From NCBI GenBank assembly GCA_963668695.2, contig CAXXLQ010000004.1, positions 768,001 through 832,000 of the forward strand: a stretch of DNA of 64,000 bases, written 5' to 3'. The notes below the pieces were generated by a model. That model worked only from the letters and a program-made list of their open reading frames with translations. It was not told the DNA's origin and made no database searches. The first letter of the stretch is position 1. The number at the start of each line of letters is the position of its first letter. This DNA is from Vicinamibacteria bacterium. GTDB lineage: Bacteria; Acidobacteriota; Vicinamibacteria; Marinacidobacterales; Marinacidobacteraceae. This document shows positions 21,076 through 31,045 of the stretch, one piece after another. A program made the translations under genes and the position numbers.

Positions 21076-22431
21076 CTACAGCCTGCGCTTGGCGGCTTTG
21101 AGCTGCGCCCGGATGTCGCCGGCGCCGCCGCGGACGCTGCGGCGATTGACCGACGCCCGGTAGTCCCAGACGCCCTTCACCTGGTCGTCGAAGACCGGAG
21201 AGAAGGTGTGGAGGGTGGCGAGATCCAGATCGGGCGGCTCGGCGGATTCCCGCTCGCAGTGGGCGAAGATCTCGCCGGAAACCCGGTGGGCGTCGCGGAA
21301 GGGGAGTCCGCGTTCCACCAGGTATTCCGCGAGATCCGTCGCGAGGAGATCCCAGGAGAGCGCGGCCCGCATCCTTTCTTCCGAAATCCGCATCGTCGCG
21401 ATCGTGCCTTCGGCGACCGGAAGCGCGAGGCGCAAGGTGTCCAGGGTGTCGAAGCAGGGTTCCTTGTCTTCCTGCAGGTCGCGCTGGTAGCCGGAGGCCA
21501 GCCCCTTCCCTACCGTCAGCAGCGCGACGAGATTGCCGATCAATCGGCCCGCCTTTCCCCGGATCAGCTCGCAGCCGTCGGGGTTGCGCTTTTGGGGCAT
21601 GAGACTGGACCCCGTGGACCACGCGTCGCCGAGCCGCACGAAACCGAACTCGGCCGAAGACCAGAGCACGAGGTCCTCGGCAAGCCGGGAGAGCTGGACT
21701 CCCAGAATCGCGCCGGCGGCCAGGAACTCCATCGCGTAGTCGCGCGTCCCCACGGCGTCCACGCTGTTTTCGAGGACTTCGGCAAGCCCCAGTTCGTCGG
21801 CGATCGCCCGGCGGTCCACCGGATACGGATTTCCGGCGAGGGCCCCGGCTCCCATGGGGGAGGCGTCCGCCCGCCTGCCGGCGGCTTCGAGGCGCTCGCG
21901 ATCGCGCGTCAAAGCCCAAAAGTGGGCGAGCAGGAGGTGGCCGAACACCACCGGTTGGGCGCGCTGGAGGTGGGTGTACCCCGGGACCAGCGTGTCTCGA
22001 GACTCTTCGGCCCGGGCGAGCACCGCGGTCCGGAGGCGGTCGAGCCCCTCGACCAGCGTGGAGATCGCGCTCCCCAGGTACAACCGGAATTCGGTCTGGG
22101 AGAGGTCGTTGCGGCTCCTCCCGGTGGGGAGTTTCCGGGCCAGCTCGCCGATCTCGTCGGAGAGGAGACGCTCCACCGCGGTGTGGATGTCCTCATCGTC
22201 GAGGGGTGGCGGCGGATCGGCGGCGAGCACGGCGCCCACCCGGTCGAGCCCGGCGAGCATCCGGTCGAGCTCCGCGGAACTCAGCACCCCCGCCGCGCCC
22301 AGCGCGCGGGCATAGGCCTGGTTGACGCGGATCTCCTCCGCGTGGAGGCGCCGGTCGAAGTGGACGGACTTCCCCAGGCGGTCGAGCGCGTCCGCGGGCG
22401 GCGCGGAGAATCGCCCGCCCCAGAGCTTCAT
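21076..22431 (-). CDS. argH: Argininosuccinate lyase
   Basis: MKLWGGRF, EDIHTAVE, GRSRND, GYTHLQRAQP, STGSSLMPQKRNPD. Confidence 0.97.
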   Translation of the reverse strand: MKLWGGRFSAPPADALDRLGKSVHFDRRLHAEEIRVNQAYARALGAAGVLSSAELDRMLAGLDRVGAVLAADPPPPLDDEDIHTAVERLLSDEIGELARKLPTGRSRNDLSQTEFRLYLGSAISTLVEGLDRLRTAVLARAEESRDTLVPGYTHLQRAQPVVFGHLLLAHFWALTRDRERLEAAGRRADASPMGAGALAGNPYPVDRRAIADELGLAEVLENSVDAVGTRDYAMEFLAAGAILGVQLSRLAEDLVLWSSAEFGFVRLGDAWSTGSSLMPQKRNPDGCELIRGKAGRLIGNLVALLTVGKGLASGYQRDLQEDKEPCFDTLDTLRLALPVAEGTIATMRISEERMRAALSWDLLATDLAEYLVERGLPFRDAHRVSGEIFAHCERESAEPPDLDLATLHTFSPVFDDQVKGVWDYRASVNRRSVRGGAGDIRAQLKAAKRRL

Positions 22432-23642
22432 GACTCCTCGGTCGGCGAATCCACGCCGGAGAGACGCCGGATGCGCTCGGGGAGACCGAAGAGGCGGATG
22501 AAGCCCTCGGCGTCCGCCTGCCGGTACACCTCGTCGGCGCCGAAGGTAGCGAAGTCCTCCCGGTACAGGCTCTTCGGGCTCTTTCGTCCCACCGCCTGAG
22601 CGACGCCCCGGTGCAGGCGGACCCGCGCCGTTCCGGTCGTGTTCCGATGCGCTTCGATAAAGAAGGCATCGAGGGCTTCGCGGAGGGCCGAGAACCACTT
22701 GCCGTCGTACACCAGCTCGGCGTAGCGGAGCGCCACGGAAGCGGCGAAGTGGTCCGTCGCCCGGTCCAGCGTGAGGCTCTGGAGCGCGGCCTTGGCCTCG
22801 TGGAGGATCGTGCCGCCCGGGGTCTCGTACACGCCGCGTGACTTCATCCCGACGAGGCGGTTTTCGACGATGTCCACCCGGCCCACGCCGTGGCGCGCGC
22901 CCGCCGCGTTGAGGCGGGTGAGAAGCGCCGCCGGAGTGAGGCGCTCGCCGTCCACCGAAACCGGAATGCCCCTCTCGAAACCAACGTCCACCGCCTCCGG
23001 AGCGGACTCCGTCTGATCGGGGTTGCGGGTTATGCGGTAGAGGCTCGCCGGAGGCGCGTTCCAGGGATCTTCCAGATCTTCTCCCTCGTGGCTCAGGTGG
23101 AGAAGGTTCTGGTCGCGGCTGTAGAGGTCCCCGGCCTTTTGTTCGACCGGGACCCCGTGGAGGGCCGCGTAGGCAAGGGCGTCCTCCCGCGAGCGGATGT
23201 CCCAAAGGCGCCAGGGGGCGATCACCTCGAGGTCGGGCGCGAGGGCGTGAAAGGCGAGTTCGAAGCGCACCTGGTCGTTGCCCTTCCCGGTGCAGCCGTG
23301 GGCCACCGCGTCCGCGCGTTCGCGCCGGGCGATGTCCACCTGGTACTTCGCGATCGTCGGTCGCGCGAGCGAGGTGCCGAGGAGGTATTTGCCCTCATAC
23401 ACCGCGCCGGCCCGAACCGCCGGAAAGACATAGTTGCCGACGAATTCGTCGCGGAGATCTTCGACGAAGACCGCGGAGGCCCCGGAGGCGATCGCCTTCT
23501 CCGAAGCGGCCTCAAGGTCCTCGTTCTGGCCCACATCGGCGATAACGGCAAGGACTTCGGCGTCGTAGTTTTCCCTGAGCCAGGGAATGGCGCAGGAGGT
23601 GTCGAGACCTCCGGAATAGGCAAGGGCAATACGTTTGGGCAT
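22428..23642 (-). CDS. argG: Argininosuccinate synthase
   Basis: LAYSGGLDTS, AHGCTGKGNDQVRFE, ENRLVGMKSRGVYETPG. Confidence 0.98.
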   Translation of the reverse strand: MPKRIALAYSGGLDTSCAIPWLRENYDAEVLAVIADVGQNEDLEAASEKAIASGASAVFVEDLRDEFVGNYVFPAVRAGAVYEGKYLLGTSLARPTIAKYQVDIARRERADAVAHGCTGKGNDQVRFELAFHALAPDLEVIAPWRLWDIRSREDALAYAALHGVPVEQKAGDLYSRDQNLLHLSHEGEDLEDPWNAPPASLYRITRNPDQTESAPEAVDVGFERGIPVSVDGERLTPAALLTRLNAAGARHGVGRVDIVENRLVGMKSRGVYETPGGTILHEAKAALQSLTLDRATDHFAASVALRYAELVYDGKWFSALREALDAFFIEAHRNTTGTARVRLHRGVAQAVGRKSPKSLYREDFATFGADEVYRQADAEGFIRLFGLPERIRRLSGVDSPTEES

Positions 23643-23733
23643 GGCGATAGGGGCTCGAATTCGGATGTCCGGGCAGCAGACCCGGCGAAGTGCAGCGCGA
23701 CGACCCCGTCCGGGACGCGCAGAATACTGTCTC

Positions 23734-24669
23734 GTGACCTTCTGGCGCCGCAGGAAACCAACGTGGCCACCCGGTGGTGCGGTCCCCGGCCGCCCCGGAG
23801 AGGGCCGGCTCCGTGAAGTCCCGGAACCGGATCCGCTGGAGGACGAGAACGCCCTCGCCCGCGGCTCGGGACCGGACGGCGGCGATCTCGGGGAGGGCGA
23901 GGACTTTACGCAGCTCGAGGGATCGGATGGTGGGGAGATCGAGCCGCACCCGGCGCAGGCCGCATCCGAGAGGCGCGCGGCCAGGTTCTGGGGTCGGCTG
24001 GGAGCCGGAGCGCCGGAAGCCGTCACCTCCGAACCCCACGTGGTCTCGACGCTCCTTTCGAAAAAACCCGGAAAGGACGCCGCCCGCGCGGTTGCCTGGA
24101 CGCTCGGGGTACTGCTCTTCGTCAGCGCGCTCTATTGGTGGGGGCCGCCGGGGTTCGCGGCAGCGCTTCCGGCGAGCGGCGAAACGGTGTTCGAGCAGGG
24201 GGAAGCCTGGCGGCTCGTGACCGCCCTCGCGGCCCACGCCGACCCGATCCACCTTCTCTCGAACGCGGTCTTCCTCACCTGGCTGATCTATCTCTCGTAC
24301 GGAGCCTTTGGGCCGAGCCTCTATCCGTGGACCGCAGTGCCGCTCTCGGCGGTCGCGCTCGCGGTGACCCTCGAGGGTTACCCGCCGAACATCCGCGTCG
24401 TCGGAGCGTCCGGCATGCTGTATCTGCTCGCCGGCGCCTGGCTCATGCTTTACGTGCTGGTGGAGCGACGCCTCTCGGTGCTGAAACGGATCGTGCGGGT
24501 GGTCGGTTTCTTCCTGGTCGTCCTCGTTCCGACGTCGATCCGCCCGGAGGTGAGCTACCGGGCTCACGGGATCGGGCTGTTCTTTGGAATCTGCCTGGGG
24601 CTTGCGTATTTCCTGGCCCGCCGGGACACCATCCGGCAGGGTGAGCGCTGGGAGTGGGAGGAGGGCTGA
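23734..24669 (+). CDS. Rhomboid-family intramembrane serine protease (start uncertain)
   Basis: WRLVTAL.AHAD..HLLSN, GASG nucleophile motif, AHGIG. Confidence 0.85.
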   Translation: MTFWRRRKPTWPPGGAVPGRPGEGRLREVPEPDPLEDENALARGSGPDGGDLGEGEDFTQLEGSDGGEIEPHPAQAASERRAARFWGRLGAGAPEAVTSEPHVVSTLLSKKPGKDAARAVAWTLGVLLFVSALYWWGPPGFAAALPASGETVFEQGEAWRLVTALAAHADPIHLLSNAVFLTWLIYLSYGAFGPSLYPWTAVPLSAVALAVTLEGYPPNIRVVGASGMLYLLAGAWLMLYVLVERRLSVLKRIVRVVGFFLVVLVPTSIRPEVSYRAHGIGLFFGICLGLAYFLARRDTIRQGERWEWEEG

Positions 24670-24679
24670 GAGGAGGGCG

Positions 24680-24750
24680 GTGGCGTGGGAGCCGTCCCCG
24701 GGGTGGGTCCGGGCATGGGGGTGGTTGGCGATGGGAGTTACGCCCCGCTG
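24680..24750. repeat. 71-bp direct repeat, copy 1 (copy 2 at 25931-26001)
   Basis: GTGGCGTGGGAGCCGTCCCC...GGGAGTTACGCCCCGCTG is identical in both copies. Confidence 0.92.
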
Positions 24751-25880
24751 AGCGGCGGGTGCAGCCGCACCCAGAGTGGATCGAGCGGCTGCGGGAGCGG
24801 ACGAAGACGACGGACCGTCTGCTGCGGGAGCAGCTCCGGCAGTGCCAGCGGATCCGGAACGCGCTGGTGAACTAGTTCCCGCAGATGCTGGAGGTGGCGC
24901 CCAAGCTGAAGCACCTGGGGCAGCCCTTGTTCCGGGAGATCTGGGGGAAGGCGTCGACACCGGCGGCGGCGCGGAAGGTGCGGTGCTCCACCTGGGAGAA
25001 GCTGCTGCGGCGCTACGGGGTGACCCGGATCAGTGCGGACCGGGTGGTTGCGTTGTTTCGCGAGGAGGCGCTGACGGTGGCGCCCGGGGCCACCGCCGCG
25101 GCGGTGGAGACGATTCGGACGGCGTTGGCGCTACTGGAGGTTGTGAACGCGGAGATCGCGCGTGCGGAGAAGCAGATGACGCAGTTCCTGGATGCGCTGT
25201 CGGAGACGGAAGCGGTGGGAGGCGGCGCGGGCGCGACGGCCCCGGATCTGGTCACCATCCTGCGGTCTCGGAAGGGGTTGGGAGACAAGGCGCTGGCGCG
25301 GCTGTTCGCCTGGGGGTTCGAGGCGGTGTGCGCCGCTGACTACGGCCGGTTGCGAGTGGCCTCCGGGGCGGGGCCCCCCCGTCCGGGTGCAGTCCGGGGC
25401 GCGCGACACGGCCCGGATGCGGCGTGCGGTGCCCTATTCGCTGCAGCAGGCCGCCTACCTCCTGGCACGCGGGGTGTTGCGCTGGGACGAAGACGTGAAG
25501 GCATACAACCGGAAGCTGAAGGACGCGGGGAAGACGACGGCCCGGCGGCACCGCGCCATCGCCGACCAGCAGTTCCGGGTGCTATGCGCGATGGCGCGAC
25601 ACCGCACCTTCTTCGACCCGAACTTCGCCGCCAGGAGCCCAAAATCCGCCGCCTGACTTAACAGCCTGTGGTGAAACCCACGCGGCGTTCGAGCGGCGAT
25701 CCATCCCGCCTGAACCGCGCCGCTTTGCGGCGCTCTGCGTTGCGTTTCGGTCGAAATACACCAGGTATTCCTCCCTCACGCGCCTTGTCAGCCGGGCGCC
25801 TCCCCGCTCTCGGCGCTCACCCGGGTTCCACCACAGGCTGTTAACCCTCCCTTCCTCCTTGCATTCTCCAGGAGAGTCCA
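24751..25880 (+). mobile_element. IS110-family element remnant (recombinase pseudogene about 24751-25656; RuvC domain missing)
   Basis: Coiled-coil region plus C-terminal PVRVQSG...RRAV...RAIAD...LCAM...FDP; in-frame TAG at 24873-24875; frameshift in the C-run near 25375; IS110-like end CTTGCATTCTCCAGGAGAGTCC. Confidence 0.8.
25662..25840. mobile_element. MITE-like element, copy 3, nested in the IS110 right end
   Basis: TTAA-CAGCCTGTGG...CCACAGGCTG-TTAA; closely similar to 11376-11554. Confidence 0.88.
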
Positions 25881-26092
25881 CCGGGAGAACCGGTCGGCGC
25901 TCCTACGCCGGGCGGTGCCGGTCCAGGGCTGTGGCGTGGGAGCCGTCCCCGGGGTGGGTCCGGGCATGGGGGTGGTTGGCGATGGGAGTTACGCCCCGCT
26001 GCGCGGGGCGATGCCGGTCTGAAGACCGGCGCTCCTGTCCGGCCGCGATGCCGGTCTGAAGGCCCCCACCGGGAGAACCGGTCGGCGCTCCT
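25879..26092. repeat. REP/BIME cluster containing the second 71-bp repeat and short- and long-form REPs
   Basis: ACCGGGAGAACCGGTCGGCGCTCC, GCCGGTCTGAAGACCGGCGCTCC, GCCGGTCTGAAGGCCCCCACCGGGAGAACCGGTCGGCGCTCC. Confidence 0.8.
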
Positions 26093-26115
26093 GCCGGCGC
26101 TCCTGCTGGCGCTCC

Positions 26116-26790
26116 TTACGACCTGGGGCGCGGGGACACCGCCGCGGCGCGCTCCGAGACCTTCGTATAGAGCCGGGCCAGATTCCCTCGCAGGATCGGA
26201 TCGTCGCGGAAGGCTTCCGCCCGCTGGACCACGGGAAGCAGCGAGTCGGAACTCGGGTCGGGCGACTGATCGAGGATTTCCTGAAGCTCATCGAGCTGGA
26301 TGGCCGGCCGGCCGGTCCCGCCCGCTCTCCAGCGCCGGACGATCCCGGCGATCACCGACTGCCGGTCGGCGCCGCGGAACAGGAGCAGACGAAACGGGTC
26401 GACGGCGAAGTGTTCGGCAATCAGCTGGATTCCGCGCGCCACGGTCTCGGGGGGGCAGCCGTCCGGGCCCAGGACGAGGCGGCTTGGCGGCGGCACGAGC
26501 CGCACGCCCACCCGCGCGAGGGCCGACTTTGCCGACCGGGGCAGGTAGCCGGCGAAGAGGGCCGCCGGATGGATCGCCTGCCCCGCGAAGATCTCGAAGA
26601 ACGCGTTCCACCTGCGCTCGTCCAGTACCGGAGTCGCCATTTCAACCGCGGTCGGGCGGAATCCACGCCCCTCCACCAGAGCCTGCGCTTCGCCGGGAAC
26701 GACGGTTACCTTCCCCCGGCGGCGGTCTTCGACGCCGTTATGGGAGACCCTCAGGAAATCTGCCGCCCACCACGGCAGTCCATCGTTCAT
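26116..26790 (-). CDS. SWIM-associated SNF2 partner protein with a degenerate zinc finger
   Basis: Coupled to the SNF2 gene (ATGA overlap); AALFAGYLP and F..DPF.LL.FRG motifs typical of SWIM partners, but no CxC...CxH. Confidence 0.65.
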   Translation of the reverse strand: MNDGLPWWAADFLRVSHNGVEDRRRGKVTVVPGEAQALVEGRGFRPTAVEMATPVLDERRWNAFFEIFAGQAIHPAALFAGYLPRSAKSALARVGVRLVPPPSRLVLGPDGCPPETVARGIQLIAEHFAVDPFRLLLFRGADRQSVIAGIVRRWRAGGTGRPAIQLDELQEILDQSPDPSSDSLLPVVQRAEAFRDDPILRGNLARLYTKVSERAAAVSPRPRS

Positions 26791-29700
26791 TCAGCAACCG
26801 CCTCCGGGCCGAGCACCAGCACATTCTGCAGCGCCTCGGAGGACAGCGAAGTCAGCCACCCTTCTCCCGTTCCGATCACCGACTCAGCGAGGGCGGATTT
26901 GCGCTCCAGGAGGTCGGCGATGCGCTCTTCGAGCGTCCCGGTGCACAGGAATTTGTGGACCAGAACCCGTTTGCGCTGTCCGATGCGGAAAGCCCGGTCG
27001 GTGGCCTGGTTCTCGACTGCTGGATTCCACCACCGGTCGTAGTGCACCACGTGGCTGGCGCGGGTGAGGTTCAGCCCGTATCCGCCCGTCTTGAGCGATA
27101 TGACGAGCAAGGGAGGCGGATCCTCCGCTTCCTGGAAGCGGGTCACGATGGCGTCCCGCTCGGCGAGTGACACCGACCCGTGCATTACCGGGATTTCGGC
27201 GTCGAGAATTTGGGAGAGGTAAGGGGCGAGCAGTTTGGCCATCTCCGCGAACTGGGTGAAGACGAGCGCGCGCTCGCCCTGCTGCACCACCTCGGTGAGG
27301 ATCTCGACGAGCCGGGTCAGCTTCCCGGAACGCCCCGCCAGCTCCCCTCCGCTCGAGAGGAAGTTTTCCGGGTGGTTGCAGATCTGCTTCAGGCGGGTGA
27401 GGGTGCGGAGGATCTCGCCGCGGCGGGCGAATCCGGTGTTGCGCTCGATCCGCTCCAGGCACTGGTCCACGGCAGCCTGGTAGAGCGACGCCTGCTCCAC
27501 GGTGAGGTTGCAGTACACCCGGGTCTGGTGTTTCTCCGGGAGGTCACGGATGACCTTGGGATCGGTCTTCAGCCGGCGCAGGATGAAGGGGCGGATCAGC
27601 CGCCGGAGTTCCTCGGTCGCTTCCGGATCCTGGGCCCCCTCCACCGCCGCGGTGAACGTCCTTCGGAACGTCCGCTCCGGGCCGAGGAAACCGGGGTTCA
27701 GGATTTCCATGATGGACCACAGATCGGTGAGGCGGTTTTCGAGCGGCGTGCCCGTGAGGGCGAAACGGACCGGCGCCTGGAGCCGCCGCACCGCCCGGGT
27801 CTGCTTGGCGCCCGGATTCTTGAGATTCTGGGCCTCATCCACGATGAGTCCGCCCCAGGCGATATCGCGCAACTGATCGAAATCGCGGTGGATGATCCCG
27901 AAAGAACACACGACGAGATCGCTCTCCCGGAGGGCCCGCTCCAGTTCGGCGCCCCGCGATCGCCCCGCACCCTGCCGGATGTGAAGTCGAAGCGAGGGAG
28001 CGAAGCGCTGGGCTTCCTTCCTCCAGTTGGCGACGATGGAGTTGGGGCACACGAGGAGCCACGGTCGGGTCAGCCGGCCCCCCTCCTGCTCTCCGAGCAG
28101 GAACGTGAGCGCCTGGCAGGTCTTGCCGAGCCCCATGTCGTCCGCGAGGCAGCCGCCCAGGCTGTGGTCCGCCAGCAGGCGCAGCCAGCCGTAGCCGACC
28201 CGTTGATACGGGCGGAGTTCCGTTTTGAGACCCGCTGGCGGATCGAGCGGCCCCAATTCCTCCGCCGCGGCTTCCAGGGCATGGAACAGCGAGCCGATCC
28301 AGGACTCCCCCTCGATCTGGGACAGCACCGGCGCCGTCTCCTCCGGCTCGAAGAGTCCGGGGGCCGTCGAAGCAAGCCGCAGCCGCTCGCGGAGCGCGTC
28401 CCGGAGCACGGGAGACCGGTCGGCGTGCGCCCGGCGGCGCGCTGCTTCGGTGAAGAGCCGGTTCACCGCGTCCTGGTCCAGTTCCACCCAGGCATCGCTC
28501 GCCCGGACGAGGCGCCGCTTTCCGCGGGTCAGTCGCCGGAAATCGTCCAGCGTCCAGGTGTGGTCGTCGATCGCCACCTGCCAGCTGTAGCTCACCAGCG
28601 CATCGAGGCCGACGCCGCCCCCCGGAGGGGGTCCCACGGACTCCACGGGCCATGGCGCGGGGGAGAGCGGACCGGAGGATCCGGCACCGGGCCGGACGGT
28701 GAGGCGGAGCGTCGGTTTTCGTCCGCGCCGTCCGGCGAGGGTCGGGGGGATGCGGACCTCGAACCCCTGCTGCACCAGCGCTTGCTCACCTTCGTGAAGA
28801 AACTCGTACGCCTCCGCCGCCGAAATCCATACTTCCTCGGGGGCCGTGCACTCGAGGCCCGGTTCCAGCAGTGCGCAGGCCCGGGAGGCCCGGCCCAGGT
28901 TCTCGAGGAGGGGAATCGCCGGGTCCGCAATCCCGAAACGTCGAAGGTTCGCCGCCGCATCGCGGGCGTTCCAGACCTCGCCAAGGGGCATGAGGACCGC
29001 TTCGCCGGAAGCCGGATTGTCCGCGCCGTTGGAACCGGCCGCTGCCGCGCCGGAAACCGGGGGCGCCACCAGGCGGAAACGGATGCGCCACTCGCGTGAA
29101 TCCGGGTCGTCCGCGGCAGACTTGGCCGCCGAATCCTCGGCAGGAGGCTCCAGCAGGAACATCAATCGAGCACTCCCGACGGATCCCGCGGCCGCGTCCG
29201 CCGCACGGCCTCCCAGGGCGCCGTCCACTCGCCCCAGCGCTTCCGTGGTCTCGCCGCCAAGTCCGCGGGAGGCGCCTGCGAAAAGGTCATCGAGAAACCG
29301 CTCGATTACCTGGTGCCGGCCCCTCGCCGCGTCCGCCGTGCCCGGCGACCAGCCAAGACGCCGTCCCGCATCCCGAACGACGCTGTCTCCGAGCGTCACC
29401 AGGTAGTCGCTGATCGCCGTCTCGGCATCGAAGCCCCCGAGGGCCTCCTCGGGCGCCGCGAGCCGCAGGGCGTCGAGTTCTCGTTGCTGGGAACGGAGAT
29501 CCGCCTGCCAGCGGGAGGCGCCGTCGCTCCCGTTCCGGTGGACCGCGGGGCGGAATCGACCCCGCGAGAGGAGGCCCAGGAGGAACCGGCTGGCCAGGGA
29601 CCAAAAACGAAGCGAGGCGGCCCGAAAATCCGGATCTCCCTCGCGGGGGGCGCAGGCGGCAAGCGTCGCCGCCGCTTCGAGCGGCGAGAGGGTCAGTCCG

Positions 29701-29831
29701 GGTCCGGCACACCCCGGGTTTGACGATTCGAAGGCGGCGGGCTCTGCCGGAGCCGGCCAGCGGTCTCCTACCCGGCGACTGAGCCACCCGGCCAGTTCGT
29801 GCGGCGGAACTTCCGGCGCCCAAAAATGCAA
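26787..29831 (-). CDS. SNF2-family helicase/ATPase (start uncertain)
   Basis: LADDMGLGKT, DEAQ, LTGTPLEN, SLKTGGYGLNLT, QATDRAFRIGQ. Confidence 0.95.
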   Translation of the reverse strand: MHFWAPEVPPHELAGWLSRRVGDRWPAPAEPAAFESSNPGCAGPGLTLSPLEAAATLAACAPREGDPDFRAASLRFWSLASRFLLGLLSRGRFRPAVHRNGSDGASRWQADLRSQQRELDALRLAAPEEALGGFDAETAISDYLVTLGDSVVRDAGRRLGWSPGTADAARGRHQVIERFLDDLFAGASRGLGGETTEALGRVDGALGGRAADAAAGSVGSARLMFLLEPPAEDSAAKSAADDPDSREWRIRFRLVAPPVSGAAAAGSNGADNPASGEAVLMPLGEVWNARDAAANLRRFGIADPAIPLLENLGRASRACALLEPGLECTAPEEVWISAAEAYEFLHEGEQALVQQGFEVRIPPTLAGRRGRKPTLRLTVRPGAGSSGPLSPAPWPVESVGPPPGGGVGLDALVSYSWQVAIDDHTWTLDDFRRLTRGKRRLVRASDAWVELDQDAVNRLFTEAARRRAHADRSPVLRDALRERLRLASTAPGLFEPEETAPVLSQIEGESWIGSLFHALEAAAEELGPLDPPAGLKTELRPYQRVGYGWLRLLADHSLGGCLADDMGLGKTCQALTFLLGEQEGGRLTRPWLLVCPNSIVANWRKEAQRFAPSLRLHIRQGAGRSRGAELERALRESDLVVCSFGIIHRDFDQLRDIAWGGLIVDEAQNLKNPGAKQTRAVRRLQAPVRFALTGTPLENRLTDLWSIMEILNPGFLGPERTFRRTFTAAVEGAQDPEATEELRRLIRPFILRRLKTDPKVIRDLPEKHQTRVYCNLTVEQASLYQAAVDQCLERIERNTGFARRGEILRTLTRLKQICNHPENFLSSGGELAGRSGKLTRLVEILTEVVQQGERALVFTQFAEMAKLLAPYLSQILDAEIPVMHGSVSLAERDAIVTRFQEAEDPPPLLVISLKTGGYGLNLTRASHVVHYDRWWNPAVENQATDRAFRIGQRKRVLVHKFLCTGTLEERIADLLERKSALAESVIGTGEGWLTSLSSEALQNVLVLGPEAVAE

Positions 29832-29966
29832 CCGACCGGCAGGGGCCAGCGTGGCTTCGAGACGGAAGGGAGGGGCCGGGAGAGACAGAACCGGCCAGTG
29901 TACGCGAGCCTCGCGTTTGCCGCCTAAAGCACAACCTGAGCTATCAAGAAAGTTTGGCGAAGACGC

Positions 29967-30893
29967 CTATTTCGGCCGGCTGAACTCCAGGTTGGCAACC
30001 AACGGGCAGTGGTCGGAAAGCCGGTCGCGAGCGGATTCGGGCGCCTCGTAGAGCACCTCTGCGAAGGCGCTCGAGGCTGCCGATTGGCCCGGCGGAGCAA
30101 AGGCCACGATGTGATCCACGTAGTTGTCGAAGCGGCCGCTCCAGCACGCCGGCGCCCGGGAGGCGGGCGGGAGGACGAGCGGATTCCCGGGGAATTCCTC
30201 GATCGTCCCGTCATCCGGATGCGAAAGGAAGCGGTTCCAGTCACCCGCCACGACCGCCGGAATCCCCTCCCCCAGCCGCTTGAAGAGCCATCCCTTGAGT
30301 ACCGCCAACTGCATCCTCAGGAACCCGCACGGACGTTCGCCGGAGTGCAGAGAATCTCCCTGACAGCCCGATTGGAAGTGGACGGTGAGCACGCGCACCC
30401 GCTCCTGTCCGCGCGACAGGGTGACGTCCACGCCGTGCCGGTCGCGGCCCTGCGGGGACCACTCCACGATGTCGGGGTGCCGCTCGACCCGCCAGCCCGC
30501 GGAGCGGCGCACGACGATCGCCGTGCGTTGGGACCATTCCGGATCGGTGTCGCGGCGCGACAGGAAGAGCTCCCAATCGGTCTCCGGAAAGATCCGGCGG
30601 ACGGCGTCCGCGTTTTCGACCTCCTGCAGGCCGACGACCTCGACCCCGTGGTCCGCGAGCCGCGTCACGATGGCTCCGAGCCGGTCGAAATCGGCCGCTT
30701 CGCGCAGGTAACGGCCGCCCCGCTGATTGCCCCGGAGGACTTCGTCCTGAATCCCGTCGCCGAACCAGGCGATGTTCCAGGTGGCGACGGTGAGCTGGGT
30801 GGTTGAGTGCTGCGCCAGCGCGCCCGCTCCGGCGACGAGCAGGAGCGCGAACACCCCTGCTATCCGGCGGACGAGGACGGGCGGGATGCGCAT
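29967..30893 (-). CDS. Secreted endonuclease/exonuclease/phosphatase-family protein
   Basis: Signal peptide, ATWNIAW, LQEVE, AGDWN, VDHI, SDHCP. Confidence 0.88.
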   Translation of the reverse strand: MRIPPVLVRRIAGVFALLLVAGAGALAQHSTTQLTVATWNIAWFGDGIQDEVLRGNQRGGRYLREAADFDRLGAIVTRLADHGVEVVGLQEVENADAVRRIFPETDWELFLSRRDTDPEWSQRTAIVVRRSAGWRVERHPDIVEWSPQGRDRHGVDVTLSRGQERVRVLTVHFQSGCQGDSLHSGERPCGFLRMQLAVLKGWLFKRLGEGIPAVVAGDWNRFLSHPDDGTIEEFPGNPLVLPPASRAPACWSGRFDNYVDHIVAFAPPGQSAASSAFAEVLYEAPESARDRLSDHCPLVANLEFSRPK

Positions 30894-30946
30894 TCGGACC
30901 TTCACCCACGCAGAGTACAGGGGCCCACGGGATGGCGCGCGACAGC

Positions 30947-30992
30947 GGAGCGCCGGCCAGTTCTCCCGGTGGGGGCCTCCGACCGGCATCGC
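30947..30992. repeat. Long-form REP (reverse orientation)
   Basis: Reverse complement GATGCCGGTCGGAGGCCCCCACCGGGAGAACTGGCCGGCGCTCC. Confidence 0.75.
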
Positions 30993-31045
30993 GCGGGAGC
31001 GCGAAACCCGCGCTGAGGACGCTGCGCGCCGTTCAAGAATTCGGG

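Noticed and set aside
21076-24026. Long N-terminal extensions on argH and argG (also tyrS, pepP, TonB receptor 1 and the EEP nuclease)
   Set aside because: The extensions overlap upstream genes or leaders; the conserved N-termini and RBS positions indicate later starts.
24680-26001. 71-bp direct repeats as an IS110 target-site duplication
   Set aside because: IS110 elements do not make long TSDs, and a related sequence occurs in the REP cluster near 38940, so the repeat is better explained as a BIME unit.
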